DNA of 64,000 nt from Octopus vulgaris (lineage: Eukaryota): assembly GCA_951406725.2 (NCBI GenBank), contig OX597821.1:114948001-115012000 (forward strand), read 5' to 3'. The notes beneath the pieces were generated by a model. That model was not told the DNA's origin, searched no databases, and saw only the letters and a list, made by a program, of their open reading frames with translations. Numbering within the stretch: the stretch's first letter is position 1; every line of letters starts with the position of its first letter. This document shows positions 50,772 to 64,000 of the stretch, in pieces. Both the position numbers and the translations under genes were made by a program.

Positions 50772-52557
50772 AATGTGATTTATACATGAGTAAATATGGT
50801 ATTTGTCATTGTGGTGCCATGGCTCACTTTTGCTGCTCTTTGGCAGAGTTGTTAACAATCTCTGGAACTATTACTTTTGACAGAACAAAATCTTATTCAT
50901 CTTCACACCATAAAACTGAAGTTAAAACTCTGGAACCCAAGACCTGACTATATTCTTTACTGCATTTCTCTGGTGTGTTGCATTGTAAATTGTTTCCTTT
51001 ACAAGTTCTGTAGAGGAGTTCCTTGTCACAAAGAGAACGCTCAAGTAAAAAAAAAAAAAAAACAGAAAAAAGAGCAAGTTTATGTAAAATGTATCTTAAA
51101 ATATAAACTGTGTGAAAAATCTACATTGGAACAAATTATAAAAGGAAAAAAATTATTTGTAGGGATTTGGTAACTTTATCCATTCCTTTACACATAAAAA
51201 AAAACCCCAACAAAATAGAAAAGAACAAAAAGCCCAAAATAGCTATGGTAAAGAATATTGAAATTTTATAAGTTTTGAACTGAAATAATGTTTAACAAGG
51301 AAAAGAAACCAAAAATGAATTGAAACGAGAATGAAAGTAATCCGTAGTTGTCGTCTTGTTCTAGATTTCTTTTCCTGCTGAAGTTAATTGTACTCCACCC
51401 AAAATTCTTCAATCTACTTGACCCAGAGAGAGTCTGTGGAACACTTTAAAGTATTGAAGATGTCTCATAAATATTGTTTTACCTTCCCTTAAAACAATAC
51501 TTCTGGGAAACTGTTGCTGGTTATATTTAGCTAAAATTCCCCCCCCTCCAGCCAAACATCTTTATAGATATTTACTGTTTTATTTTCTTCCTTTCTATTG
51601 TATTATATGACTTAGTTCTTGTAATCCTTCCTTTGGGTTGTCAGGTAAATTTGTTTCTCTTTATCCGACTTGACACTCCGTTGTCATGTGTCTGAAAAGA
51701 GGTAAAATTCATTTCAGTGGAAAAACAAGACAAACAACAGTTGTAGAAAATAAAATAGAGCTACAAAAACAAACAAAAAAACTCACAAAACACTGATAAC
51801 AATAATTTTTGTTTTAATTCAAATAATAATGGAAAGGATCAAAATAAATAGAAAACCAATTTATCTGACAATTCACTGGTTTAAATGTCATTTGGAAAGT
51901 ATTTTATAAATGAACAAATTGTACCATGGTGGTCATGGTCAGGTGCAAAGTCGGTTGTGTGGTTAGGAAGTTTGCTTTCTAACCATGTGGTTTTGTGTTC
52001 AATCCCTCTGCATGGCACGGAGAGCAAGTACCTTCTATAGATCCTGGTTGACTAAAGCCTTATGACTAGTAGACAGAAACTGAAATAAGCTCATTGAATA
52101 CAGATATATATTCTTTTATTCTTTTATTTGTTTCAGTCATTTGACTGCAGCCATGCTGGAGTACTGCCTTTAGTCAAATAAATCGACCCCAGGATTTATT
52201 CTTTCTAAGCCTAGTACTTATTCTATCAATCTCTTTTGCTGAACTGCTAGATAATAGGGATGTAAACACACCAGCATAGGTTGTCAAATGATGGTGGGAG
52301 GACAAACACAGACACACACACACTTATATACGATGGGCTTCTTTCAGTTTCCATCCACCAAATCCACTCAGAAGGCTTTGGTCGGCTCGAGGCTATAGTA
52401 GAAGACACTTGCCCAAACTACCACGCAGTGGGACTGAACCTGAAACCATGTGGTTGGTAAGTAAGCTACTTACCACACAGCCACTCCTATATAGGATTGT
52501 TTGTAGAAATACATAAATCTGGATGAGAAGCACACTCTAAGAGGTCCAGCAGTTAAT

Positions 52558-52859
52558 ATTATTGTGAGGTAGACGGGTTTATAGGGTTACCCTGGGTTTC
52601 TCACTTATAAGGAGCCTTATGGCGTATCTTCAGACCCCAAACATTGCTGGGCTGAGACCTCTTTAAAATATGGAGAGGGGAAAGCCTTGTTTTAAGGGTA
52701 AAACCCTAGGTGATTATCTCCCTTTTCCATTCCCCACTCCATATTTTAAAGAGGGCTCAGGCCAGCAGTGTTTGGGGTCTGAAGATATGCCTTAAGGCTA
52801 AACCCCTTATGAGCGAGAAACCTAGGGTAGCCCCATAAACCGGCCTGCCCCACTATAAT
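52558..52859. mobile_element. Fold-back MITE with ~125 bp inverted arms
   Basis: gggtttatagggttaccctgggtttctc...atcttcagaccccaaaca..ctctttaaaatatggag versus ctccatattttaaagag...tgtttggggtctgaagat...gagaaacctagggtagccccataaacc. Confidence 0.85.
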
Positions 52860-54685
52860 GTGTGTCCTCCACAGCTGAAGGGTTATGACTGTTCTCCCTG
52901 TTAAAGTGGATTGGCTTGCAAAGGCCTTGTACTGGTGCTACATTAAAAGCACCCAGCACATACTGTAAAGTGGTTGGTGTGAGGAAGGGCATCTGGCTGT
53001 AGAAACCATGCCAAATTAGACTGGAACCTGATGTAGCTCCCCAATTTACCATTTCCAGTCAAACCATCCAACCCATGTCGGCATGGAAAATACCTGTTAA
53101 AGGATGATGATGATGATGTGTATGTGTGTGGTTGACTTTAGGAAGGGCAACCAGCTATAGTTCCAAATCAGATTGGAACCTGGTGCATCTCCCTGGTTTA
53201 CCAATTTTCAGTCAAACTGTCCAACCCATGCCAGCATGGAAAACGGTTGTTAGATGATGATGATATATATATGTTTTGGGTGGTAGTGATGCAGGAAAAC
53301 AATTAAACTTGAGATTCAGAAAAACAAGCACACATGTGCATATGCATATATGTACAAATATATTTACATGGAGCATAAAAAATACAGAATACAAAGAAGA
53401 GGCTACATAATTCCTTAGCTCTGTTTACATAGATATATAGATATACGTTTACCCTATCTTGACTTCTCGTGATGGTTGTAAATGAGCATCACTGTCAAAC
53501 AAGCAGGGCCGTTTGTAGTCTAACATGTAAAAATGCATGACCGTGGAAAAAAAAAATTTGCTTGGAAACCTGTGAGTGCATATGACTATAGAAAAGTCTA
53601 CCTCCACAAAAACTGTCTGACCCATGCAAGCACAGAAAAGTGGACACCAAAACAGTGAAGACCTCACCAAGTGATAAAGATAGTATGTAGAGTGCAATTT
53701 GCAAAATATCTTAAAAAATAATAAATTTGCATTAGTTTTCTTATATAAACATTACATCATTTATTTAAATACTCCAACCAACAATGCTGTCAGAACAACA
53801 CCATGTGGTCTCTAGCATTAAAGAGATGCCATTATTTTATAATTTTATGTAAATCTGGAAGCTGTTTACTTAAAACACTAGGGTTTTGTTTAATTTAGAT
53901 TCAGGTTTCAAACCTGTAAAACTGCTCTAAATTTCTTGCATCATTTTGCAAGCATTTTTATTCAGTTTTTTTTTATTCAGCTTTTTTTTGTTACATTCTT
54001 TTTCTTGTTTCCCCTTTTGAGACCAACCTGCCTGAGGTCGTTCTGGTTTTATGATGCAAACTTCCGATTTTAACAAGATCTAAATTTAAACTTTCCATCA
54101 AAATTTCATAATGATTCTTCAGCTTGTTTCTGGAACATAAATTATCATCATCATCATCATATAATGTCCGCTTTCCATGCTGACATGGGTTGGACGGTTT
54201 GACTGAGGACTGGCGAACCAGGAGGCTGCACCAGGCTCCAATCTTGATCTGGCAGGGTTTCTACAGCTGGATGTCGTTCCTAACACTAACCACTCCGAGA
54301 GTGTAGTGGGTGCCTTTTACATACCACTGGCACAGGAGTCAGCCAGGTGGCACTGGCATTGACCACGCCCAAATGGTGCTTTTTACGTGCCACCAGCACA
54401 GGTGCCAGTCAGGCAGCACTGGCATTGGTTATGCTCAAATGGTGTTTTTTTTTTATGTACCACCAGCATAGGTACCAGTCAGTGGTTTCAAATTTTGGCA
54501 CAAGGCCAGCATTTTTGAGGAGAGTTTGTAAGTTCATTACATTGACTCCAGTGATCAACTGGTACTGATTTTAGCAACCCCGAGAGGTGAAAGGCTAAGT
54601 CAACCCTCAAAATTTGAACTCAGAACATAAAAACAGATCAAATACTGATAAGCATTTTGTCTGACATGCTAATGTTTCTGCCAGT

Positions 54686-54874
54686 TGTGGGAATAGTGAT
54701 GGAGATGGGAAAAGTTGGGATACAAACGGCTCTGTCCATCTTTCCTTTGTGTCTCCTCTATTGATTGTTTAATTGTGGAAGCTGCAAGACATAGCTGTGA
54801 TGGAATCAGAGACTGATGGAGGGGTTGTTGTTGATGGCGGTGGTGGTGGTGGTTGGAGATAATGATATAAAAGA
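54686..54874 (+). repeat. Local duplicate of 56331-56532
   Basis: Near-identical ~190 bp non-SINE sequence, differing mainly in (GTT)/(GGT) run lengths. Confidence 0.9.
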
Positions 54875-55741
54875 TAAGATTTCTACAGCTGGATGCCCTT
54901 CCCAGCACCAACAACCCCACAATGTACTGGGTGCTTATTTTGTGGCACCAACACCAGTGATGTCATTAAGTAACTTGCAAGACAAGACCCCCCCTCCCCT
55001 CGACAGAGTGGAGCTATAGGACTGAGGGAGGTTGGTTCTTTAAACATCATTTTAACGTCCACTTTTCCATTCTTCCTTGGGTCAAATGGAATTTGTTGGG
55101 GCAGATTTTCTGCCACCAGATGTCCTTCTTGTCACCGACTCTTAGCTGTTTCAATGCTAGGCAAGTATTTTGCTTTGGCCAGACACATTTTTCCACAGAT
55201 AACTGGAAATGAAGAACATTGTCTCTATGATAGTGATGCTTGTTTACATCCATCATGTGATGTCATAATATGAGTACACACACACACACACAGATTTCTA
55301 CTCCTATCTTTCCATCTAAAACTTTCACTGAGCTTCAATCTACTATATTTACTGTGTATGTCCAATTGACTTTTGTTACTTTTTCCTGTTCTTTTGTTCT
55401 TGGATTTACCTTTATCTTTAATATATATAATGCACATAATTTATAGATTCTTTATATATTTTATAAGATGAAATATTTATAAAGTCTACCGGTTTCATGT
55501 TTTGCTAATCATGACTGAGATATTGGTAAAAATATTGCAATTTTGTAATATCTTTAGTCCATGTTGTTTGCATGAGAGTTTGTTCATATATATATATATA
55601 TATATATATTAAGGTATGTAGAAAAATACAACATGGACAAGAACGTATAACTCTTAGAAGACGACACAATAAACACGGACAGGACATTCGAAACCCTCAG
55701 TCTTCAGTCAAGAACCGGATCATCGTAGTAATTTCGGCTGA

Positions 55742-55789
<48 letters not shown>

Positions 55790-56794
55790 CACACACACAC
55801 ACACATACATACATACATACATACATACATACATACATGTGCCATGCTGTGGGACTGAACCCAAGATCACAACCAAACCTGCACCTATTTCTTTAGTTTT
55901 TATTGAACCAAACTAAGAATTTGGCTTATATTCTTGTGAAGCCTTACATTATATATATATATATATATATATATGGTCTGTGTGTGTCTATTACTGTCTC
56001 CTTGCCTTGACCTTACATGATTGTTGTGTCACCATCATATAGACACACTGTCCTTCCTTTCCAGTCTTCCATGAAAACATGTCTGGCCATGAGGATATAT
56101 TACCTCACTTGGAATCAGGTGAGGGCTGGTGACAGGAAAGGCACTCAATCACAGGAAATCTGCTTCACCAAATTCTATTTGGCTCATGCAAGCATGGAAA
56201 AGTGGAGATGAAAATGATGATGATGATGATGATGTGGTTGATGTATGCAAATAGATATAACTATTGCTGTCTACCTGTGTACATTAAACTCTTCATAATT
56301 GATTGATCTGATTTGGCAACATCGTAAACCTGTGGGAATACTGATGGAGATGGGAAGAGTTGGGATACAAACGGCTCTGTCCATCTTTCCTTTGTGTCTC
56401 CTCTATTGATTGTTTAATTGTGGAAGCTGCAAGACATAGCTGTGATGGAATCAGAGAATGATGGAGGGGGTTGTTGTTGTTGTTGATGGTGGTGGTGGTG
56501 GTGGTGGTTGTTGGAGATAATGATATAAAAGAAATATGAAGAATATTAATTAAATACCTAGTAAATGATGACAGCTGACAAGTAGCTATTTATTTAATTA
56601 TTAATGTCCATCTCTTTGTTCCATCTGGTCGATGCCAAAAACACTGGGAGAGATTTATGTCTTGCCAATCAAGTTTCTGTGAAATATTTTCTCTTGATGT
56701 TCCAGTATTAAAACAAACAGGTGACTTCAAACAAGAGAAAGAGGTTTACCTTCCTGGTTTGTATCTCTCTTAGTAAGAAGTGATGTGTGTGCAT

Positions 56795-59700
56795 TAGGGT
56801 TAGGACTTTTACACAACTTAATAATCCTATGCTGTAGTTTGATGAATAACTTCATAAAAGTTAGGAAATTAACATTTGTTTTGCTTTATTTGAAAAAAAA
56901 AACATCACCCCCAACTTAAGAAATCTATCACCACTTTTTACCCAAATTGCACAAAATTCTATTGGGGTTCACAACGCCTGCTCAAGTTTTTACCAATTTT
57001 AGTGTGCTGACTCGTTGCAATGCAGAAATAGTATATCTGAAATTTCAGCTTTCTAGTTGAAGTAGTTTCAGAGTTATGGGCTTTTAAAACTACAATCACT
57101 AGATTCACATTTCAGTATTTCTGCTGCCTTATATCCTTGTAAACGAAAGAGAGGTGTGGAATAAAAGTGTATTTATACATTTTTAAGATTTCTGAATAGA
57201 AATTGTTCTATGCAAAGCTTCAAAACTAGGTTATTTTAGGACAGAGGCCACTACAAGCATTCGATAATATACAGAATTAAAAACAATACATACTTTTAAC
57301 TTTATAGGTTTAATTCCAATTTTAAATAACTGTATAAGAAAGAGGATGCTGAATGTTAGCAAACTTTTAAACATAACAAAGAATTATGTTTTGTTAGATG
57401 AAATAAATTGAAGCTGAAGTTTCCTCTTCTTTTTACAAACATCATAAAGATCTTGAAGGCACTTGATTGCCTGTTCTGCACTCTGATTTGTTCTGGGAAT
57501 TTCCAGTTTTTATGTTTCTTGACTCCAAAAGTTTTTTATGGAGTTCAATGCTTTTTTTGAATCTGCAGGCTACCACATAACTTCTGATAATCACTGCATT
57601 GAACATTTGGTCAGTAAACCAAAAATCTGCCCAGCTGTAAGAGATGAATTGACAAACATTTAGAAGCAAAACTCTTTTCTCTGGTAGAAGAATAAATGCC
57701 AAAAGAGCTAGTATTGCTCAAGAATTCCATCTTGCATTTCTTAAGTTCGGTATTTTTTAAAACTTTACAGGAGGAAATTTGTTGGTTTCTTCAAAGAAAT
57801 AAAAATCTCTGGTCAAATTGAATAGAAATTTCATGTCTTCTTGCCATCCTGCTGATTCAGTAATCTTTTCTTCACCATTGTTGAAATTAGCCTGGAGTTT
57901 CTCCTAATTATATAGAAGCTCTGGGACGAATGTATATTCAATATTTATTTCTTTATTGCCCACAAAGGGTTAAACATAGAGGGGAAAAACAAGGACAGAC
58001 AAAGGGATTAAGTCAATTACATCAACCCCAGTGTGTAACTGGTACTTATTTAATCGACCCTGAAAGAATGAAAGGCAAAGCTGACCTTGGTGGAATTTGA
58101 ACTGAGAATGTAATGGCAGACAAAATGCCACTAAGCATTTTACCTGGCATGCAAACGATTCTGCCAGGTCGCTCCCAGCATATATTCAATATTGGGAGAT
58201 CACTTTTTTTCTCAAAGTTCGTTATCCATTACAACACAAAGAACTCTATCAAAGATATGATACTTAGAACCAATAAATTGCAGTTCTTTCAAACACTTTT
58301 GAACAAACAGTCTTTCCAACTGAATCACAATGACATTTCTTTTCCCAGTGTTCACACTCTTATCAGTGAATCATCTTTACACAGTTCCATAAATTACATT
58401 CATCTAAAACAGCTGTTATTCCATTCACAACAGTATCGGCTTTTCTGTTTGGTAATTGGAGTGTTTATAACCTAACTTCTCACTGTTCATTCTTTAAAGC
58501 TAGCACTTGGTTTTCTTGGTCATCAATACATTTACCATGAAAATGCAATGACCAGTTTTCTAAATGTGGTGTTTTCTTCATTTTCTGTTTTAGTTTAACA
58601 GCTTCTTTGATCGTTAGTCTGTAAATACCAGATTGGGAAGGAGTCTCAACATTGATTCCATCTTGAGATAATTGTCGACAAACTGTTGCTGCTTTTTGGG
58701 TTGATAGCTTGGAAGATATTACTAACTTGGTTGGAGTTCCAGTTTTGCTATACTTCCTCCTTGTTTGTGTGGATTCCTCATCTGACTTTTCGGACTCTTG
58801 ATATTCACTTTCAGTTTCTGCTTCAGACATTGACGATGGCACTGGAGTTGCTCTGGTTGAAGTTGGCATTAAGAACACTTTTCTTGTTTTGGATGGATGG
58901 ATAGTTTTGGAACTGGCTGCCTTTCCAGTTGAATACCCAACCTGTCCCTTGCTTTCAATTTGAAGATGATATAATCTTCTATCCTCACTGTACAACTATT
59001 CACCGTTTTCCTTTGTGATGTCAAAAATTCCTTTCAATGAATCATATTTTCCTTGTTTTACACATTTATCATAGGTATTCAGCCCTTTTTCTACATTTTG
59101 AATTGATAAATATGGGAAATTTAATTTCTTTTGCCATAAAAAGGTTACTTCTTACGAAATTTCCTTTGTTCTTTTTTTCCTTCCTTTGATGGTACCTCCA
59201 AATAACAGGTAGTGACTGACAATTTGAAGTTTCATTGGTATCTGCAGTTTTCCAAAGAATGCTCTTCTAGAGGAACAGGTCTTCATTTCCTATGTGAGAT
59301 TCTTTGTCCAGATCTTTTTGTTTCTTTGAGTGACACAAGCACTTCTCTTTTGAGACATTATTTTAGATACTCTAGTTGGATAAGCCTACTATTCTGAAAA
59401 ACAGTTAATATAGTCAGAGCTTTTAGGGTCTCAGAAATAAAAAGGAGAGGAAGAGGATATTTCCTAAAGCAGGGCCTAAGTGGTAAGAAATTAAAAGCTC
59501 TATAACTCCTAAACTACTTAAAGTTGAAAGCTGAAATTTCACATAAACTGCTTCTGCATTGCATTAAGTCAGCACACCAAGTATGGTAAAAACTTGAGTA
59601 GGCATTACGACCCCCACCCCCTGCACTCCTAGAATTTTGCATGATTTGGGTCAAAAGTGGTGTTAGATTTCTTCAGTTGAGGGTGAGGTTTTTTTAAAAA

Positions 59701-59797
59701 GACTTAAAATAAAGGTGATTTTCCCAACTTATATGGAATTGTTCATCAACTTTTGATACAGGAAATTGTTTACTTCCAAAAAAATGTCATAACCCTA
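56795..59797 (-). mobile_element. hAT superfamily (hATm-like) DNA transposon, decayed, ~300 bp TIRs
   Basis: TAGGGTTA...TAACCCTA termini; 56795-57088 inverse to 59490-59797; partial flank match gtgtgcat/gtgtgtca. Transposase remnants TPSQSGIY, WSLHFHGK (HFDGK), LDECNLW, FIGSKYHIFDRVL (C.HH). Family C SINE inside (57946-58180, TSD TATATTCAATATT). Confidence 0.75.
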
Positions 59798-62506
59798 GTG
59801 TGTCACATGACATTATAAAGTATACATAAAGGTGAATGTGTGTACACAGATGTGTGTGTGTGTATATATATATATTTGTGTGTATACATGTGGACAGGTA
59901 TGTATATTTGTGTACACCAACATTTCTCAACTATTGAAACGAGAACAATGCCAGGTATGCCTGACTGGCTCCTGTGCCAGTGGCATGTAAAAAGCACCCA
60001 CTATGCATCTGGTTGTATGCGAGGCTAGCATGCTTAATGCAGAGGTTTGGCTTAGGTTTGTGATGAACCTTAGAACTTAAATGGCCAAAGCTTAGTCAGT
60101 TGCCATGGTATGTAAGGGACTGAGATTACACATTTCTCACTGAATGGGTTTTGCTGGACTTGACCAATGTGAAATGAAGCATTTTTCCCCCCAAAACACA
60201 ACATGCTGCCTGGTCCAGGAATTGAAACTATAATCTTACAATAATCAAGGGGCTTTTACCACATCAAGGCCTTCAGTCCAACACTTAACTGTTATTTAGT
60301 ACTCATCACTCTTCTATAGTTTAAAACTTCTTGATATTGGCAAAAGCCACACATTCTCCCCAGATTTTTACTGGTACTCACTTTGTATCCAACCAAGGTT
60401 GATAAAATTGGTGACCTTTCAAGGATTCAGATTCGGTCCCTAAGGGGCTGCAGTTAAATGCTGTAAAACATTTTGTTTGGTAATCTACCAATTCTGCTAA
60501 TCTTTCGCCTTTTCAAAGTTAGATATTGGTTTCATACTTTGGTACAAGGCTGGCAATTTGTGTGCAATGAGTGCAACACCTAAACCACCAGGCCACATAC
60601 CTTAATGTCAAGTGAAACAAAATTTCAATCAATTAAGTTGCACCCTTAATGAAAAAGGAAAATGAACAGCAAACAAACAAAATCTCCTTTCATTAATGTT
60701 AATGATAATTCTTGGCAAAGAAATAAGGGAGATAACTCAATCTAAATTGATTTTAAAAGTTTCTCAAAATTATATTAGAATAATATTGCTGAATGGCTGT
60801 GCTATTGGGTTACCAACTTAATAATCCTGCGTTCAAATCCATAGCAAGCATTTTGTCATATTTTTTGAGAAGTAGTTTTAGTTCAGTTAATTGTTGGTAA
60901 TATAGATCAAATTTCCATGTGACAAATCAGCATTTTATCTTTCACCTGCTTAACCTTATGAAGCCAGGGTTAAGTATTGACCCTTAAACTCTTAGGGTTT
61001 AAGAATCATCTATATTTCCATAGAATTGAAAGAGCAATTGAATCTAAAAGGATGTAAAGCAGAATTTGAACTCATAACTGAAGGCCTTCAAACTTTTTGT
61101 TACTGGATTTATTATTAAGGACATATTCTTTGATTGTAATGAACAGTGCAGGAGTGACCATGTGGTTAAGAAATTTGCTTCCCAACCACAAGGTTTCAGG
61201 TTCAATACCACTGTGTGACACCTTGCTCAAATGTCTTCTATAGCCACAGGCTGACCAAAGCCTTGTGAGTGGATTTGGTTGACGGAAACTGGAAGAAGTG
61301 TTTGTGTGTGTATGTTTGTGTCTCCTTGTCTTGGCATTGTGATAATTGTAGGCGAATGTTCTTGTCATATAAGCAGTGTCATTCATTTCCAGTCTGGTCA
61401 TTGAGAAATATTACCTAGCTTGGAAATAGTTGAGGGTTGGTGACAGGAAAGGCATCCAGCTGTAGAAAATCTCCAACAAATTCTGTCTGATCCATGTAAG
61501 CATGGAAAAACAGGCATTAAAACAATGATGAGGTTGGTCGGAAAATATTCTTCCTGTTGGCATTACTTGTGGTGGCATTCACCAAGATGTGATCTGAGCA
61601 GCTCATCTCGTTATCAATTGTCGACCATTTAGTCAAATGAATTGATGTGCCAGTACTTTTTTTTTAAGCCTCGTACTTATTCTAGCAGTCTCTTATGCAG
61701 AACCGCTAAGTTACAGGGATGTAAACACACAAACACTGGTTGCCAAACGGTGATAGGGGACAAACACAAATCCACACAAACAAGGTTGTCTCAATTTCCG
61801 TCTACCAAATCCACTCACACTGCTTTGGTCAGCCTGAGGTTAGAGCAGAACACACTTGGCTGAGAGGTTACACTGTGGGACTGAACCTGGAACCATGTGG
61901 TTGGGAAGTAAACTTATCTATATTTTTGGTTCTGTCTTCAAGTTCCTCCTTTTCTTGATATTATTATTGCAGACATCTACTTTTGTTTTGAAAGGAGTTT
62001 AGAAATCACTTTTTTTGTTCTTTTCTCTTTTTTTTTTCTATATTTTCTTATGTTTTCAATATCAGAATAACACTTCAAACGTATCTGATATTAAAACATG
62101 TCGCTGACTTCGGATTACAAAGGAATACAGTTTATTTACAGAGTTAGAAGAATGGCCCTTTGGTCATATTAGAAACTAATATTCAACACTTGCTTCTTGA
62201 AGTGTTTCTGATAATAGTTTCACCCAGTAACATATTGGGAAATATATTTCTCTCTTCAGATATGACCAGCAGTTTGGTTATGCAATGTTTTCAGATCTAA
62301 ATAAATCAATAGAAGATGGTACAGAAGTGACCCCATCATCCTAGTTCAGGTGTTTGTGTTAAATTCACTTTGATGATTCACTGACAAAATGTCAAAGCTG
62401 CCAAACATTAAAAAAAAAAATTCACTAAAAGTAGAAAATAAATTTCTCTAGTTCCAATGTCTCAGATAAACTCATCTGGTCTTTTTTTTTTTTTGTACCA
62501 TTTTGC

Positions 62507-62736
62507 TTAACCATTTTGCATTTGAATTGGCCATATCCAACTCAAATATTCCTCCTGTTTTATGATCAAAACCAGCCAGATCAGGCCTCTCTCACCTACC
62601 CTACAATGTCATTCTAAAAATATACAATCACACAATCACACAATCACACATTATCTCATAGCTTTGAGATTTCAATTAATTCAAAACAATGTGAATAAAT
62701 GAATATTACATTTGACAGAATAATCTAAAGGGTTAA
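62507..62736. mobile_element. piggyBac-like MITE
   Basis: ttaaccatttt...ctaaagggttaa; reverse orientation of 1961-2174. Confidence 0.65.
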
Positions 62737-63754
62737 GAGACAATGGAATAACATGGGTTGCTGGGGCAGGAGACAAAGCAAGTATTATTCCTTCGAATAC
62801 TTGGACCATTTTATTGATTAATTCTTTACTTTTTGATTTTCTTTCAAAAATTTTGAGCCCTTAAGCATTTTGCATCCAGGGTAACTGCTCCAATGGCTCA
62901 CACAATGGTGTTGCTGAAGAGTCAAGCATACTCTGGCTTTCAAAAAAAATTCCATGTTTGAAAAATTAACCTATCAAGAGCTGGAGTATGCTAAGACACA
63001 ATCTGTTCTGTTCCACTGTACTTTAAGGAAAGAAATCTACTCACGGTTGTTATTGTCACCATCTTAGTCTGTTGAGTTCTTCAATTGGGCCTGCATTAAC
63101 CTACACATTAACCTAATCTTAGTTAAATTTAAGCAATGCCAACAGGTAGCAATGGTTCTCAGAAATTCCAGGTTGATGTCTGGTATGCTGGTAAACCTCT
63201 GGGAATGAGGCACCCCTTGGCTTTTGTTAAAGCAATGTCTCTAGAACCTACTTTAAATCTAGGCTAAGTCTGCTCTGATAATCAGCGGTGACTTAGTGAA
63301 TCCTCTGTAATGGTTGACAATTGGCAACAAGATGACCACAGTCTAATGATTGAAGCAAGTAAAAGATAAAAGATATATATATATATATATATGTATATGA
63401 CTGGTTCCTCTGCCAGTGGCATGTAAAATGCACCGTCTGAAGGTGGCCAATGCCAGTGCCCCCTGACTGGCTCCCATGCCGATGGCACGTAAAAAGCACT
63501 ATCAAAATGTGAACAATGCAAGGCCTGCCTGACTGGCTCCTGTGCCGGTGGCATGTAAAAAGCACCCACTACACTCTCAGAGTGGTTGGCATTAGGAAGG
63601 GCATCCAGCTGTAGAAACATTGCCAGATCAGAATGGAGTCTGGTGCAGCTGCTGGTTTTCCAGACCTCAGTCAAACTGAACAACCCATTCCAGCTTAGAA
63701 AACGATGTTAAACAATGCATATATATATATATATATTAGATGATGTACAGGTAT

Positions 63755-63956
63755 TATATATTAGAAGAAATGAGGTATTCATAAATCTGGATGGTTTTAT
63801 ATTTATAGATATTTATAAGTATGTTACATGTTTTTATAAATCATATATTAGCGCTGATATATGACATATGATTTATAAAAGCATGTAACATACTAATAAA
63901 TATCTGTAAATATAAAACCATCTAGATTTCTGAGTATCTCATTTCTTCTAATATAT
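63755..63956. repeat. ~200 bp fold-back in (TA)n
   Basis: ttagaagaaatgaggtattcataaatctggatggttttatattta...gtatgttacatg versus catgtaacatac...taaatataaaaccatctagatttctgagtatctcatttcttctaa. Confidence 0.85.
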
Positions 63957-64000
63957 ATATATATATATGTGCAAATATATATGTGTGTATATATATGTAT

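Overview
AT-rich, repeat-dense animal genomic DNA. The SINE families, microsatellites and Dong/R4, RTE, CR1 and Penelope relics point to an octopus (coleoid cephalopod) genome; this is inferred from repeat content, not from a search. The only host coding sequence I can support is the last two coding exons of an ERI3-like DEDDh exoribonuclease (170-266 and 2238-2332, +). A CpG-retaining, SINE-poor segment at ~37.1-41.3 kb with a strong splice donor at 37890 may be the promoter/first exon of a next gene. The rest is transposon debris: a 2.9 kb Dong/R4 LINE and smaller fragments, a full-length dead Tc1, a deleted mariner, a 3 kb hATm-like element, Merlin-, piggyBac- and Helentron-like non-autonomous elements, and many tRNA-derived SINEs. 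The most interesting signal is a Penelope-like (PLE) terminal-repeat module: a tRNA-like pol III cassette, an (AAT)n spacer and a minimal hammerhead ribozyme. It folds back into head-to-head palindromes at an internal palindrome, and its TAA tracts are hit by Dong LINEs. Several other hammerhead variants occur, including one with a compensatory G3:C8 core. Most ORFs in the supplied track are microsatellite artefacts.
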